Translations under genes and position numbers: made by a program
DNA from: a virus
Taxonomy: Duplodnaviria; Caudoviricetes
IMG/VR virus record: IMGVR_UViG_3300032320_002211
Location: 1 to 30,074 of that record
Reading direction: 5' to 3' (one strand)
Length of the DNA: 30,074 bases
In this document: piece after piece, positions 10,280 through 21,834 of the stretch
Numbering within the stretch: the stretch's first letter is position 1
Layout of the letters: the number at the start of each line of letters is the position of its first letter
Notes under the pieces: generated by a model
Databases searched by the model: none
What the model was told of the DNA's origin: nothing
What the model saw: the letters and a program-made list of their open reading frames with translations, nothing else

Positions 10280-13200
10280 AGAGTTTAGGAAGTGCTCCCG
10301 TATACCTCAAACCAATACCCCTTCTCTGAATCGTTGGGAAAGTTGATAATCCAACATCTATAGTATTGCCAGTTACTCCTATGGAAATTGGAGAACCAGA
10401 TCTAGTAAATCCAGATAATCTTCCCCAAGAGAATTTACCTACAGGATTTGATACATTGCCCGTAGTTGTAAGTCCTACTACAGATGTATTTGATTTTATG
10501 TTGCAGGTAATAATTCCAGTAGTACCACTTGAAGAGAATTGGTGGACATAGTAAATATTATCTAAGAATGTCGAACCAATTCCAATCACAGATGAATCGG
10601 AAATGTCAATAGAAGTTACTCCATTGCCAACACGTGTATCAAAAATATAAATTGGATATCCAGTTTGTAATCCAACATAAGATGATGCATTTAAGTGGAA
10701 TCTCAGTGCTAATGGATTTCCACCACTACCTGTTGTGGTTGTAATTCCCGTAATAATTCCAGAAAATCCATTAACTAAAGAAATATTGGATATTAATTCA
10801 ACTGATCCACTTGCTGTTGTTGAAATTCCATTGACAATCAAAGAATTGAACTCTACGGGTGATCCATAATTAAAGAATTCTGCATTATCAACAAATATTT
10901 GACTATCAGTAGTTGAAAAGTTTTTAATAACTTTTGCTGTTGGGTATATTAAAGATTCGATAGAATCTCTTGCTTTAGAAACATTTTCCCCATTAATCTT
11001 TCTGTCAACTTTTTGTTTAATCCAACTCAATGGTTTATAATTTTGGGTATCTATTCCCTGATCAGAATATAAATTAGTTTCAAACTTATCCGAGGATGAT
11101 AGATCAAATATGACTCTCTTACCCTGAGTTATTGTATTAGAGATACTATTATTCTTAAGTACTTGTACGGAGTCTCCTCTCTTTAAAGTTTCGTTAATAT
11201 CTGTAATCAATTCACTATCATCACCTGCTGTTCCTTTATAGAAGAAAATTGCAACATCATCTTCTGGTTTTGGTGCAGTTGTAAATACGAAGGATGTTCC
11301 CCCATTAAACTCATATGCCACTCTAGGATCTTGAATTATACCATTAATAACAATCAGCAATGCATTTGCAAGATTTACCTGAGAACCCTCTTGAACTTCA
11401 AAACTCAATAATTCTTCATTATAATATAGTGGGAATCTGGTTCTAACTCCATCTTGATAATTTTGAATTGAATCGATATAATCAAATTCTCCAAATTGCC
11501 ACGCAGCAAAGGAGTCAGTAAATGTATCAATAACGGTTAGTTTGAATTCTGATAATGGTGCCCCTAACCTTGAATCTGTAACTAACCCAACTGGTTTGAA
11601 TACATCTCCACGTTTGAATGCATATCCTGGCCTAGAAATATTAAATCCAGTTACTTCATAATATTCCGATCCTACTCCAACAGTAGAACTTGCACCAACT
11701 TTAACATCTAATAATAGTCCAACTCCAGTATCTGTTGTTGATCCTATACCCAATCTAGATACTCCAGTTACTTTAAGATTTTCATAAGATGGTTCAGAGA
11801 CAAATATCTTAGGATTGGTGTATCCTGTACCACCACTAATAATATTGAATGATAATACCCCTCCTGCTCCAACAGATGCCCTTATAGATGCTGCTGTCCC
11901 TGTATGACCACTTTCATACACACTAACTCCTATTGAAACAAGTCCATTGTACCCAGAACCAAGATTATCCGTAGCTCCCAAACCAACAGATGTGATTGCC
12001 CCCCCAGCACCTACTACAGCAGTCACTGCTGCACCAACAAGAGGTGCATACCCCAATCCAGTAGATGACCCCAGAGAAATAATAATTCCGCCCCTAGGAG
12101 TTTGATTTTGATTTATGTCAAATTCAGAAGTAAAAATATTTAATGTGTCTGGGTTTCTAATACCAGAAAACACTACACTACTTATTCCTGCAATAGAATT
12201 TTCAACAATATTAAAATTATTTTGTGGATTATTATCAGTTGTTGGTGTTTGGAATATTCCATTTATAAACAAAATCCCATTGCCACCAGTAGAACCCAAT
12301 CCAACCGTATTTGCTCCACCAACAGTCAATGAAAAAGTTCTACCAATACCTGTAAATTGATTAGAAATATCATCATATATTTGATTAGTTGTATAATCAT
12401 TTCTCAAATACACTCTTCCTGCAAAATCAGATGTTTCAAAAGTTAAATTACTAGAATCTCTCTGTATTTGTGGATTTCCTCTGGGTGGTTCGGTAAAGAA
12501 AATAGTATTATCAACAATATTATAAGAACCTTTATATATTCTTGCCGTTGTGGAATCCGTATGAGATGATGCCGATGATCCAACAAATCCTCGAATTACT
12601 TGAACCAAAGATATTGTTCCACTATTTGTAATTGGTCCAATATTAGTTGTGCCAAATCCAACATTAACAATTCCCATATATTCATTATCAATTTTAAGAA
12701 TATTTTTTGGTGAAATTGTAGATATTCCACTTAATGCGAATATGGTAGATGCTGAACCAATTTGCCCACCATTTCCAGATAAAGTGTGTGATATTGGTGT
12801 ATACAATAATGGATATTGAACTACATTATCGATAGTAATGATTGCCTTTTCATTTTTTTTATACATTTCAAGTTGGTGTGCATTTCCTTGACCATTAGAA
12901 GTAAATGTGACACCTATTCCACCTTTTGTCAGTGACAACTTAAATTCATTATCAGATTGTTTTATAGCATAAACTTTTGATGGAAGAGTTGATGCTCCTA
13001 TACCCATAGCACTCTGTCCAATTCCAATAAATGTTGATTTTGGTGTATAGATAAGTTCTTCCCCACCACTGAAGAAATGATTTGGTATAGTAAACACACC
13101 AGTGGATTTATTTAATGTATTTGAATCTGAGGGATCAAATGTTTTTGCAAAAATTGGAATCCCATCAGAAGTTAAATCAAATTCAGTTCTATTAATCCTG

Positions 13201-16200
13201 TTTCCATTAATTGCATTGTAAAAATCAACTTCAACAGATTCTGATACATTTCCATATACAAGATTCGGTGGAATATTTACACTATCTAAAGATGTGTACA
13301 TACACACGTTAAATGATGAAATTTTAATTTGTGATGTTATTGATGAATCTGGATAGAATTTTAATATAAAATTATTTGTAGAATATTCACTACCAAAAGT
13401 GCCAATTCCAGTAGTACTTCCGATAGAAAGAAAGGCACCTTGTTGAACATATGCATTATTGGATCCTTGTACCAACATAATCTGATGTAAAGCAGTTGTA
13501 GATCCTACACTAACTTTAACTAAAGATTTAACTGCATTAAAATTAGTTTTATCTAGTGATATTACTTCTGTAGATGCTGCGGAAACTGTTGAGGAATATT
13601 TTGATGAGTATATTGCAGTTCTTTCAGATCCATCCAATTGTCCAGGTAATTTGAATCGATATATTCCTTCACCAACTGCTGTCGTACCAAATCCAACAAC
13701 CCTTGATCTAGTGCTAACATTATTTGAGGAATTATTAGTATAATTTAAAGATATTATTCCGGATGAAATATTTGCACCAAATGTTCCTATAAAGTTTCCT
13801 GAATAATTATTAGTTGCATATTCGGAATCAAAATAGTATTCTGAAATATAAGTATCTGTTCCATCATGAGTTAAATATAACTCAACAAAATTCATATCAT
13901 TTGTGTTGGTGTTGATAACTTGAGTATTGACATATAATGAACTAAACTTATTAGATTCTAAAGATATAATAGAAGTAGTCAACCCAGACGTTATATTTTT
14001 ATTAGATCCAGATAAGTCAATAAACCCAATAGAAGTAGATCCAATGCCAGGTAAAGAGGAACCAAATTCATTATTGATCAATTTTAAATCATAATCAATA
14101 TTGTATGGGTCATATGGAGTAAATCTAAGGTAACTATCATTAAATTGATCAACAATTATTGAGAATTCTCCCAATTCTTCCCCAGAAATATGAGTGAGTT
14201 CAGATCCAGTATTAACTATAGATCCTTTTTCTAATAAGAAATTATCAGAACCGTCATTTAATAATAACAATTCTGTTAGTTGAATTTGTGAATTATCAGA
14301 ACTAGAAATTCTTATTAGTAAATTATAGTATGACGTACCCGCATTTAATTGAAGAACGTTTAAAAACTCACTTGGTTCTCCATTTAAATTGGAAAATTTA
14401 TTTTTTATATCATCTATTTGTAAAACTACATTACTTCTACATTCGATGTAGTCGGTTAGTTTTTTATTTTTTAATTTTAAAAACTTAGAAGATGATCCAA
14501 CAATATCAGTATCCGTAACTAAATCAAAATCATAAATTGTATCTACTCGATTTTCTTCAATTAGATCATAAATTATAGTTGTAGCATTTGATGAAGAAGA
14601 AATGCCGGAAGTTGTAGTTGATGTAATTCCAGTATCTGCAAAGTTTTTTAGACCACTAGTATGAAGTAAACTATTGACTGGTGTTTTTAAATCTTGATAC
14701 GTAATTGGACTTTTTACTGTATATGATAAATTTTGATAATAATCATTATTTGGAATTACTTGATTATCATAATCTAGTTTCCCAATATCATCAACCCATC
14801 CAAGATTTTTTCTAATAGAAAAATCAACCTTAAATCTTCCATAATTACTCTTAGTAGCATCAATAGTTGCTATGTTACCAGATTCTTTACCTTTTATCAC
14901 TTCACCAACAGATAATTGGTATGATCCAAATACTTTAATAAATGAACTATCATAATTGGTAATGATCAAATCTCTTTCAATATTATTGATAATAAGACTT
15001 TCTCCAATAATGAATGGTGATGATTTTTGTGTAACTTCGAATATTGGATAATCCGTACTTTTTATAATATTTCCAACAGAATCTTGAATGGTTTTTGCTA
15101 TTCCAGTATTTGCTGTTAATCCAACATCACTAAGGTTAAGTGTAACCTTATCAAGAATTCCCTTAGAGTAACCACTAACTGTAAAAAACTGATATCCATA
15201 ATCTTCAGAATTAAATCCAGATCCAGCAACACTGAATTTTTGAATACCTTCTACAAATACTTTATCTCCAATATTAAATGGATTAGTTGAGAAACCAAGT
15301 ACTGGTGTAGTTATAAAACAAGTAAAAATTCCAGTAGAGGATGATTCTACTTTTTGAATACTAATTCCATTTGTATTATTAGTCGTAAATAATTGTACGG
15401 TTGTTTCTGGAAGACCTTTTGGTTTCTGTACAATATTTACTGAAGAAATTGCATTTCCAGATAATACTGCTTCTAAGATCCCAGTATCAATCTTTTCTCC
15501 AGTAGTAGTGTCTACAATCACAATTGATGGAGCACTAGTATATCCTCTTCCACTATTAGTAACCGAAATACTATCAATTGTATTTGAATTTTTAATTGTA
15601 ATTGATGGAGATATAAATGCAGTTGGTTGTAAAGTTTTATCTGAAGAGTACTCAAATCCTTCATTGATAATTCTTACTTCTTTTGCATTACCTATGTTTG
15701 ATGATTTTGCAATAATATTGGCATCTTGACCTTCAACAGAGTTGGATCCAATGAACAACGGAAGTTTTTTGTATCCAGTTCCACCAGAAATAATATTAAT
15801 CTTACTAATGGATCCTTTTGCAGATGTAGAACTAGTAGTATAATTTAAGATATCACATTGATTTTGCGAATATCTTAAATTTTCCGGAACTTTAGTTAAA
15901 GAAATACTAAAAGTTGTCAGTCCAATGCCTGAAATTGCATAATCGGAGTTATACTGACTATCTACAAATAATATCTCAGAATAATTATTTACATTCGTAT
16001 CCGAAGTGCTAATATATCCAGATTTTTCTAAACTATAATATAATTTGGTTGGTAAATTATTATCATTATTAATAGTAAGTGAAGCATTATTAGAAACTCC
16101 AGCAGTACCTACACCGGAAAGTGTAAATCCAGTTGTTGTTGCAGTAGAAACAAACTCATTATTAAAATTTTGATCATAATATATTTTAAACTTATATCCA

Positions 16201-19200
16201 GAAAGTGATGTATCTGATAAATTAAATACTAAATTATTATTCTTAACTGATTGAATTTGTGGATTTATCAATGAAATACTTTGATTTGATCCACCAGTAC
16301 TTGCAATACTTACATTAATTGGTGGATTTTTCTTACTATCAATATAAGTTTCCGAAAGTTTAATTGTATTTTCATTTACTTTATAAACATAATAAGATCC
16401 AGTTGATAATCCGGATGCAATTAGATTTGCAGAATATAAAACTTTATCTCCAGTATTTAAATTATGCGAGTTAATTGTAATTGTATTAGTTGTTGTATTG
16501 ATACCAGTGGAATTAAATCCAAGGGGATTGATTAAAATATTTCCAGTAGTTGTATCTCTCTTAATATAAATTGAAGTTGAAGTTCCAATGCCAACCGAAA
16601 GATTTGGTTGAACATTAAGTCTGATAATATCTCCGGCAGTTAATCCATGATCTGTTGATACTGAAACTGTAGATTTAATTTTTTCAACTTTTCCAGTTAT
16701 CTGGGGGTATAAAGTTTCAAACAAATACTGATCACTATTGGATCCATTACTAATAAAAAATACTTCGGAGGAATTAAGAGTAGTTTTGATTCCAATAATA
16801 TTACTATTCTTATTAGTTACATATACATTTTGTGGTAAATCAAATGTAGTTCCAGTTGATGAAGTTGAGATTGCAATATTTGATCCATCGGTTGTGAATG
16901 TTACTCTTTGATTATTCGTGAATGGATGATTCTCAATATAAATTCCTTGTGTTGGAATACTTCTTGTAATAGTAGAGTCACCAAACTTGAAAGTTACAGA
17001 GTTCGTAATTCCACTTGTAGTCCCAACACCTACAGATTGTTTTGGATTAAAATATATTTTATCGTTAACCTTAGAGTCAAAATAATCGATATTTTGTAAA
17101 ATTGTAAATGAATCTGGAATAAAGTTTATTTGAGTAGTTGCAGCATGGGATACTCCTGTTGATCCCCTCTTTACCTTAATGATATTGAGATTTCTGAATA
17201 CTTCTAGTATCTGTAATGTTTCTGTTCCTATTCTAATACTGCTCCCAACAGATATAGACGAAGGAATTTGTGTGACATATAACTCTGTTGATAGTCCTGC
17301 AGTTGACGTAGGGATACCCTTTAGAACATTAGAATAATATGAAGATATGCCTATTTGGTAGGAATTATTTAATTTATTTAAATTGGTTGAGAATCCAGAA
17401 ATTACAACGTAATCATTATCTAATAGATTATGATTAGGTAAAATAGTAACCTCTACCTCCCTATCACTATTCCAAGTAAAAATTGCATCTGTATAAGATT
17501 CTACGTCCGTAGTTAAATTTGTAATATCCTTTCCTTGTATAGAAGATACTTTTGCAATTAGTCCTCCACCTTCTGTATTGGTATCGTCAAAATTTAATAC
17601 ATCATTCACTTTGTAATTTGAACCAGAATTGATAATATCAAAATCATTTACATATCCTTCAGTTACTGATTCAACAATAGATTTTTGTTCTGAAAGTGTA
17701 TTAGTTTCTATTATAAAGTCATTATCTGCATAATTGTCTGATACTTTATAAGGAAAAGTATTTCTAAGTAAACTAGAATTATTAAAATCAAATGATTGAT
17801 TAAGTGTGGAATTTTCTTCTAGAATATTTGATCTATACTTATTTCCAATGAAATATGGGAATTGTGGTTCTAGTGTTCCACCTGTAACTGTGGAAAAATA
17901 TGCATATACTCCATTTGGAAAATCTGGAGTTATTCCAAATCTTCCATTATTTTCATCTAAATCGCCAGAATTTGTGTAAAGATAATCTTCCACAAAGAAT
18001 CCATTGGAAAATCCATTAGGTCTATCATTGACATTTAAACCATTTAATGTATATCCAGAAGTTAAAAGTTTTGGATTAGAACTTGAATTTTCTGGATCAG
18101 AATAACCATATGCTCCATATATTGGATTTCCGTCATAAGACCATCCAATAATTTTAGAATGTTGCGCTCCATAATCATTAAATGCCTCCCTTAAGGTATT
18201 AAAATATCCACAAACTGAATATTGTAATTTATTTTCAGTTTCTATTAATAGTTCATTACCAAATTTTGCATTATTACTGACTATTAAAGATCTAATATTA
18301 ACATTAAAAACTGCATTAGAACCTGCAGATTTTACTTGAATCGATGATGTGATTGAATATCCAATTCCAGCATTTATAATTTCAACATTTGTTATTTTTC
18401 CATCAATAATAACCGGCCTTAATTCTGCTCCAGACCCAGATCCTGTCGGGTCAGTTACAATTAGATCTGGATTCGAATAATACTCTAATCCACCATATTG
18501 AATATTTACTGAACTGATAGTGCCATTTATAATGATGGGTTTTAATTGTGCTTCTTTACCATTTTTAATACTTACTATTGGTTTTCTCTCAAGATTTAAA
18601 ATTGTTGATCCGTATCCAGTTCCAGACTCATATAAGTAAGCATCAATAATATTGCCTCTAACTTTGGGAGTTGCTACAATTCTTTGATATGATTGACTTG
18701 TTGTACCAAAACCAACTGATGTATATTGTACAGAAACTGAAATATCTGGGTAATTAAAATAATGATATCCTGATCCAGTAGAGGAAAACTTAACATATTT
18801 CTGCCTATCATAATTTGAGGTATTTGTACCACCAATCCCAGCATCGCATAGTCTAAAGGAATTGTCATCATTTTTTAAAATATAATATTGTGATAATGTA
18901 GAAATTCCTATTGTGGATGTTTGATAGTTATATGTTACCAACTCTCCATTATTAAATCCATGATTTTTAAAACTAATTGTATGATTGGATGTGGATATTC
19001 CTGTTGGATTAACAATTAATTTTCTATTTGTGTATCCAGTACCACCATTAATAACTTTAATTTCAGATATTGTATTCTTACTTGAAGTGGTTCTGAATTT
19101 ATGAATTCCCGAATTATTATAAGTACTAAATCCTATTGCATTAATGCCTGTCGAATAATCTAAAATCGATTGGTACAGTTTAATCGTCGTATTGTTATCA

Positions 19201-21833
19201 ATTTTTACATAATATGTTGAATTATTGACCAATGTTGAAGTTCCAATTCCAACACCAATTGCAGCATTTCCATTGGAATTGTAAATTATTGATTCCCCAT
19301 CAATCAAATTGTGGTTAGTTAAAAATGTAAGTTGTCTTGTAGTTGTACTGATACCACCAGAATTTGTAGTTGCTCTACCATCAAAAAATATTTCTCTTAT
19401 TCTTTTCGTTATAATTGGTTCGAAAACAGCACCAGAACCATTACCACCACTTGCTCCAATGGATACGACAGTATTGATATCATAATCTTGAGCATCTACA
19501 TAAACACTTTGAATGCTTCCACTAATTACTGGTTGTACTAAAGCAGTTGTTCCAATTCCGGTTGAAACTACAACTAATGGTGGATTAATTACGTCATAAT
19601 CAGTTCCACCATTCAGTACATCAATAGACTCCAGTGGTCCATAATATATTTTATCGTTCGACTTATAATTACTAATTTCTACTCCATTAATTAGCATTCC
19701 AGTTCGACCTGGAATGGTTAATTGGCCAGTTCCATTTTTGATATTTGTATTTAATGGAAATTTTTTAAATACCTTTTGTGCTCCAATTTTGCTGGATTTT
19801 TGGGAATACAATGTAAATGTATGTGCTCCTCCTGATGGTCCAAATGCCAGATAATCTGATCCTCCAATAAATGATCTAGATGAATATAATTTAATTCTAT
19901 TATTTGGGGATTCAACTTGAACATAATAACTTCCAGTTTCTAGTCCAACCAAAGGAGTAGATTCTGGTTGATAATAAATTCTATCCCCATTAATAAAAGG
20001 AACTTCATCACTGAATGCTATAGTAGAATATAAACCTTCCCCAACCGCATCAGTTAAAATTCCAACTGTACCATTACTGATTGATGCGGTATTAATATTC
20101 TTCGTTATTTTATATGCATATTGTGTTGATGGAAGTATTTTATCGGATGGTAATGAATTGGATGCAACATATGCATAATTTTCATCAGTATATAAATTTT
20201 GTATATCTGAAAAAATAGTATTATTTCCAAATTCAATTGGAACTGCTGAACTATTTGCAGTATTAATCTTTCTTCTTAGATCATATTGTACTTGAGTATC
20301 CAGATTTGGATTGGTGTTATTATTTAAAATAACGGCATTTTCCGATTCATTAATATTGGAAATATATGCTGAAGATACTACATTATTAGTATTTCTCTCT
20401 AGAATCTCAATCCTATCTCCAATTTTTAAACTTGACTTATCAATAGGACTAGTTAAAATAAAATTACCAATATCTTCTATTTGATATCTTGAACTGGTGT
20501 TGTATATCCAAGAATTTGCAAATACTTCTTTATATGTTTTGTTCTGCTCTGGATTTTGAATCAATTCTCCAAGATTTTTGACTGAAATAATATCCCCTTC
20601 ACTCACATTTAAATTATCTGATACTTGTACGAACTTAGACAATACTCCAGTAAGTCTTAATTGAACTTCCTTATTAGTATCTCCATCCTCATATCCATAA
20701 TAAATTTCATCGGATCTTATGTCATCTGTAGAATTAATTGAAGATGTAATGCCAGTACAACCAAAAAACTGATTAATACTCTTACTTGTGTAAGTAATAG
20801 TATTAATGCCAGATATAATTGTTCCAATTCCAGCAAATCCAATTGTGGAATCTACAGAAATTACAGAAGACCCAACAGAAACATTTTCAAGACATTTCGT
20901 GTTTGGTGTAATTGTAAAATTTCCTTGAATTGTGGAAAAATCATCATACCCAACAAAAAGTGAAATTTTAAAATATTGCTTATTATTTCTAGTAAATGGT
21001 TCTACTTCAGAAATTGATGCACTTGTAACATCATCAGTTGATTTCTTAATAGTTTGTCCGACTAACTTAGAAGGGTCTCCAGAAATTCTTTCTGCAATTA
21101 TAACTTCTCTTCTAATAAACTCTGCAGAAGATGGTTTAATTAAAAATTCTTCTAAGTTTACAACATTTGGAGTTACTCCATAAAGAACATTAAATAAAAT
21201 TCTAAATGATTCATCTGTTCCCTTTGCTTGATAGAAAGATCTTGCCTCTTTTATGAAGTTCCCAACATTTAAATCTGGGATAAAATCAATATCTTCTAGT
21301 CCAGGTGTTAATGTATATTTTAACTTTTTATAAAATTCTTTTAAAAATAAGGAACTAAGATTTTGTACAGAAGATCCTGAAGTATGAGATGCTGCTGTTG
21401 ATTCTGAAAATACTAGTTCTTCTTGATTTAAATTTGCATGATAACTTGTGATACCACTAAATCCACGGATACAACCAGTAAATGTATTTGTAGTTAATCC
21501 AGTATATGTGATAATTTCATCATCAATTTTTAATAATCCATAATTTTGAGGAAATCCTTTCGTACTAGTTACTGTAATGATTCCAACAGTAGAAGTAATA
21601 TTGGCACTAAGACCAACATTGCCCACAACAACTTCTGGGGTGAGATTATCTAATTTTAAATATTGATCTAGATTTTCTGCAATATCAATTGGACCACTTT
21701 GATATTCTTGAGAAATATAATATTGTTTTAAAAACTCTGCAGTATTGGGACTCTCATCCAAAATAAAATTTGGAAGTTGGCTCTCAATAATTTGTTGAAC
21801 TTTAACTCTAGAATCAAATCCAGTCTGTATCAT
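10275..21833 (-). CDS. gp7: Baseplate wedge initiator gp7-like giant structural protein (3852 aa)
   Basis: N-terminal QLP.FI...FLKQYY, FYQAKGTDESFRILF, internal YYQNLSY...LLHTSG gp7 motifs, many GxGY repeats. Lies between gp6 and gp8. Confidence 0.88.
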   Translation of the reverse strand: MIQTGFDSRVKVQQIIESQLPNFILDESPNTAEFLKQYYISQEYQSGPIDIAENLDQYLKLDNLTPEVVVGNVGLSANITSTVGIITVTSTKGFPQNYGLLKIDDEIITYTGLTTNTFTGCIRGFSGITSYHANLNQEELVFSESTAASHTSGSSVQNLSSLFLKEFYKKLKYTLTPGLEDIDFIPDLNVGNFIKEARSFYQAKGTDESFRILFNVLYGVTPNVVNLEEFLIKPSSAEFIRREVIIAERISGDPSKLVGQTIKKSTDDVTSASISEVEPFTRNNKQYFKISLFVGYDDFSTIQGNFTITPNTKCLENVSVGSSVISVDSTIGFAGIGTIISGINTITYTSKSINQFFGCTGITSSINSTDDIRSDEIYYGYEDGDTNKEVQLRLTGVLSKFVQVSDNLNVSEGDIISVKNLGELIQNPEQNKTYKEVFANSWIYNTSSRYQIEDIGNFILTSPIDKSSLKIGDRIEILERNTNNVVSSAYISNINESENAVILNNNTNPNLDTQVQYDLRRKINTANSSAVPIEFGNNTIFSDIQNLYTDENYAYVASNSLPSDKILPSTQYAYKITKNINTASISNGTVGILTDAVGEGLYSTIAFSDEVPFINGDRIYYQPESTPLVGLETGSYYVQVESPNNRIKLYSSRSFIGGSDYLAFGPSGGAHTFTLYSQKSSKIGAQKVFKKFPLNTNIKNGTGQLTIPGRTGMLINGVEISNYKSNDKIYYGPLESIDVLNGGTDYDVINPPLVVVSTGIGTTALVQPVISGSIQSVYVDAQDYDINTVVSIGASGGNGSGAVFEPIITKRIREIFFDGRATTNSGGISTTTRQLTFLTNHNLIDGESIIYNSNGNAAIGVGIGTSTLVNNSTYYVKIDNNTTIKLYQSILDYSTGINAIGFSTYNNSGIHKFRTTSSKNTISEIKVINGGTGYTNRKLIVNPTGISTSNHTISFKNHGFNNGELVTYNYQTSTIGISTLSQYYILKNDDNSFRLCDAGIGGTNTSNYDRQKYVKFSSTGSGYHYFNYPDISVSVQYTSVGFGTTSQSYQRIVATPKVRGNIIDAYLYESGTGYGSTILNLERKPIVSIKNGKEAQLKPIIINGTISSVNIQYGGLEYYSNPDLIVTDPTGSGSGAELRPVIIDGKITNVEIINAGIGYSITSSIQVKSAGSNAVFNVNIRSLIVSNNAKFGNELLIETENKLQYSVCGYFNTLREAFNDYGAQHSKIIGWSYDGNPIYGAYGYSDPENSSSNPKLLTSGYTLNGLNVNDRPNGFSNGFFVEDYLYTNSGDLDENNGRFGITPDFPNGVYAYFSTVTGGTLEPQFPYFIGNKYRSNILEENSTLNQSFDFNNSSLLRNTFPYKVSDNYADNDFIIETNTLSEQKSIVESVTEGYVNDFDIINSGSNYKVNDVLNFDDTNTEGGGLIAKVSSIQGKDITNLTTDVESYTDAIFTWNSDREVEVTILPNHNLLDNDYVVISGFSTNLNKLNNSYQIGISSYYSNVLKGIPTSTAGLSTELYVTQIPSSISVGSSIRIGTETLQILEVFRNLNIIKVKRGSTGVSHAATTQINFIPDSFTILQNIDYFDSKVNDKIYFNPKQSVGVGTTSGITNSVTFKFGDSTITRSIPTQGIYIENHPFTNNQRVTFTTDGSNIAISTSSTGTTFDLPQNVYVTNKNSNIIGIKTTLNSSEVFFISNGSNSDQYLFETLYPQITGKVEKIKSTVSVSTDHGLTAGDIIRLNVQPNLSVGIGTSTSIYIKRDTTTGNILINPLGFNSTGINTTTNTITINSHNLNTGDKVLYSANLIASGLSTGSYYVYKVNENTIKLSETYIDSKKNPPINVSIASTGGSNQSISLINPQIQSVKNNNLVFNLSDTSLSGYKFKIYYDQNFNNEFVSTATTTGFTLSGVGTAGVSNNASLTINNDNNLPTKLYYSLEKSGYISTSDTNVNNYSEILFVDSQYNSDYAISGIGLTTFSISLTKVPENLRYSQNQCDILNYTTSSTSAKGSISKINIISGGTGYKKLPLFIGSNSVEGQDANIIAKSSNIGNAKEVRIINEGFEYSSDKTLQPTAFISPSITIKNSNTIDSISVTNSGRGYTSAPSIVIVDTTTGEKIDTGILEAVLSGNAISSVNIVQKPKGLPETTVQLFTTNNTNGISIQKVESSSTGIFTCFITTPVLGFSTNPFNIGDKVFVEGIQKFSVAGSGFNSEDYGYQFFTVSGYSKGILDKVTLNLSDVGLTANTGIAKTIQDSVGNIIKSTDYPIFEVTQKSSPFIIGESLIINNIERDLIITNYDSSFIKVFGSYQLSVGEVIKGKESGNIATIDATKSNYGRFKVDFSIRKNLGWVDDIGKLDYDNQVIPNNDYYQNLSYTVKSPITYQDLKTPVNSLLHTSGLKNFADTGITSTTTSGISSSSNATTIIYDLIEENRVDTIYDFDLVTDTDIVGSSSKFLKLKNKKLTDYIECRSNVVLQIDDIKNKFSNLNGEPSEFLNVLQLNAGTSYYNLLIRISSSDNSQIQLTELLLLNDGSDNFLLEKGSIVNTGSELTHISGEELGEFSIIVDQFNDSYLRFTPYDPYNIDYDLKLINNEFGSSLPGIGSTSIGFIDLSGSNKNITSGLTTSIISLESNKFSSLYVNTQVINTNTNDMNFVELYLTHDGTDTYISEYYFDSEYATNNYSGNFIGTFGANISSGIISLNYTNNSSNNVSTRSRVVGFGTTAVGEGIYRFKLPGQLDGSERTAIYSSKYSSTVSAASTEVISLDKTNFNAVKSLVKVSVGSTTALHQIMLVQGSNNAYVQQGAFLSIGSTTGIGTFGSEYSTNNFILKFYPDSSITSQIKISSFNVCMYTSLDSVNIPPNLVYGNVSESVEVDFYNAINGNRINRTEFDLTSDGIPIFAKTFDPSDSNTLNKSTGVFTIPNHFFSGGEELIYTPKSTFIGIGQSAMGIGASTLPSKVYAIKQSDNEFKLSLTKGGIGVTFTSNGQGNAHQLEMYKKNEKAIITIDNVVQYPLLYTPISHTLSGNGGQIGSASTIFALSGISTISPKNILKIDNEYMGIVNVGFGTTNIGPITNSGTISLVQVIRGFVGSSASSHTDSTTARIYKGSYNIVDNTIFFTEPPRGNPQIQRDSSNLTFETSDFAGRVYLRNDYTTNQIYDDISNQFTGIGRTFSLTVGGANTVGLGSTGGNGILFINGIFQTPTTDNNPQNNFNIVENSIAGISSVVFSGIRNPDTLNIFTSEFDINQNQTPRGGIIISLGSSTGLGYAPLVGAAVTAVVGAGGAITSVGLGATDNLGSGYNGLVSIGVSVYESGHTGTAASIRASVGAGGVLSFNIISGGTGYTNPKIFVSEPSYENLKVTGVSRLGIGSTTDTGVGLLLDVKVGASSTVGVGSEYYEVTGFNISRPGYAFKRGDVFKPVGLVTDSRLGAPLSEFKLTVIDTFTDSFAAWQFGEFDYIDSIQNYQDGVRTRFPLYYNEELLSFEVQEGSQVNLANALLIVINGIIQDPRVAYEFNGGTSFVFTTAPKPEDDVAIFFYKGTAGDDSELITDINETLKRGDSVQVLKNNSISNTITQGKRVIFDLSSSDKFETNLYSDQGIDTQNYKPLSWIKQKVDRKINGENVSKARDSIESLIYPTAKVIKNFSTTDSQIFVDNAEFFNYGSPVEFNSLIVNGISTTASGSVELISNISLVNGFSGIITGITTTTGSGGNPLALRFHLNASSYVGLQTGYPIYIFDTRVGNGVTSIDISDSSVIGIGSTFLDNIYYVHQFSSSGTTGIITCNIKSNTSVVGLTTTGNVSNPVGKFSWGRLSGFTRSGSPISIGVTGNTIDVGLSTFPTIQRRGIGLRYTGALPKLL

Positions 21834-21834
21834 A

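Noticed and set aside
10275-21833. Recurrent GIGT/GIST/GxGY motifs as DNA repeats
   Set aside because: Protein-level motifs typical of cyanophage structural proteins, not nucleotide repeats.
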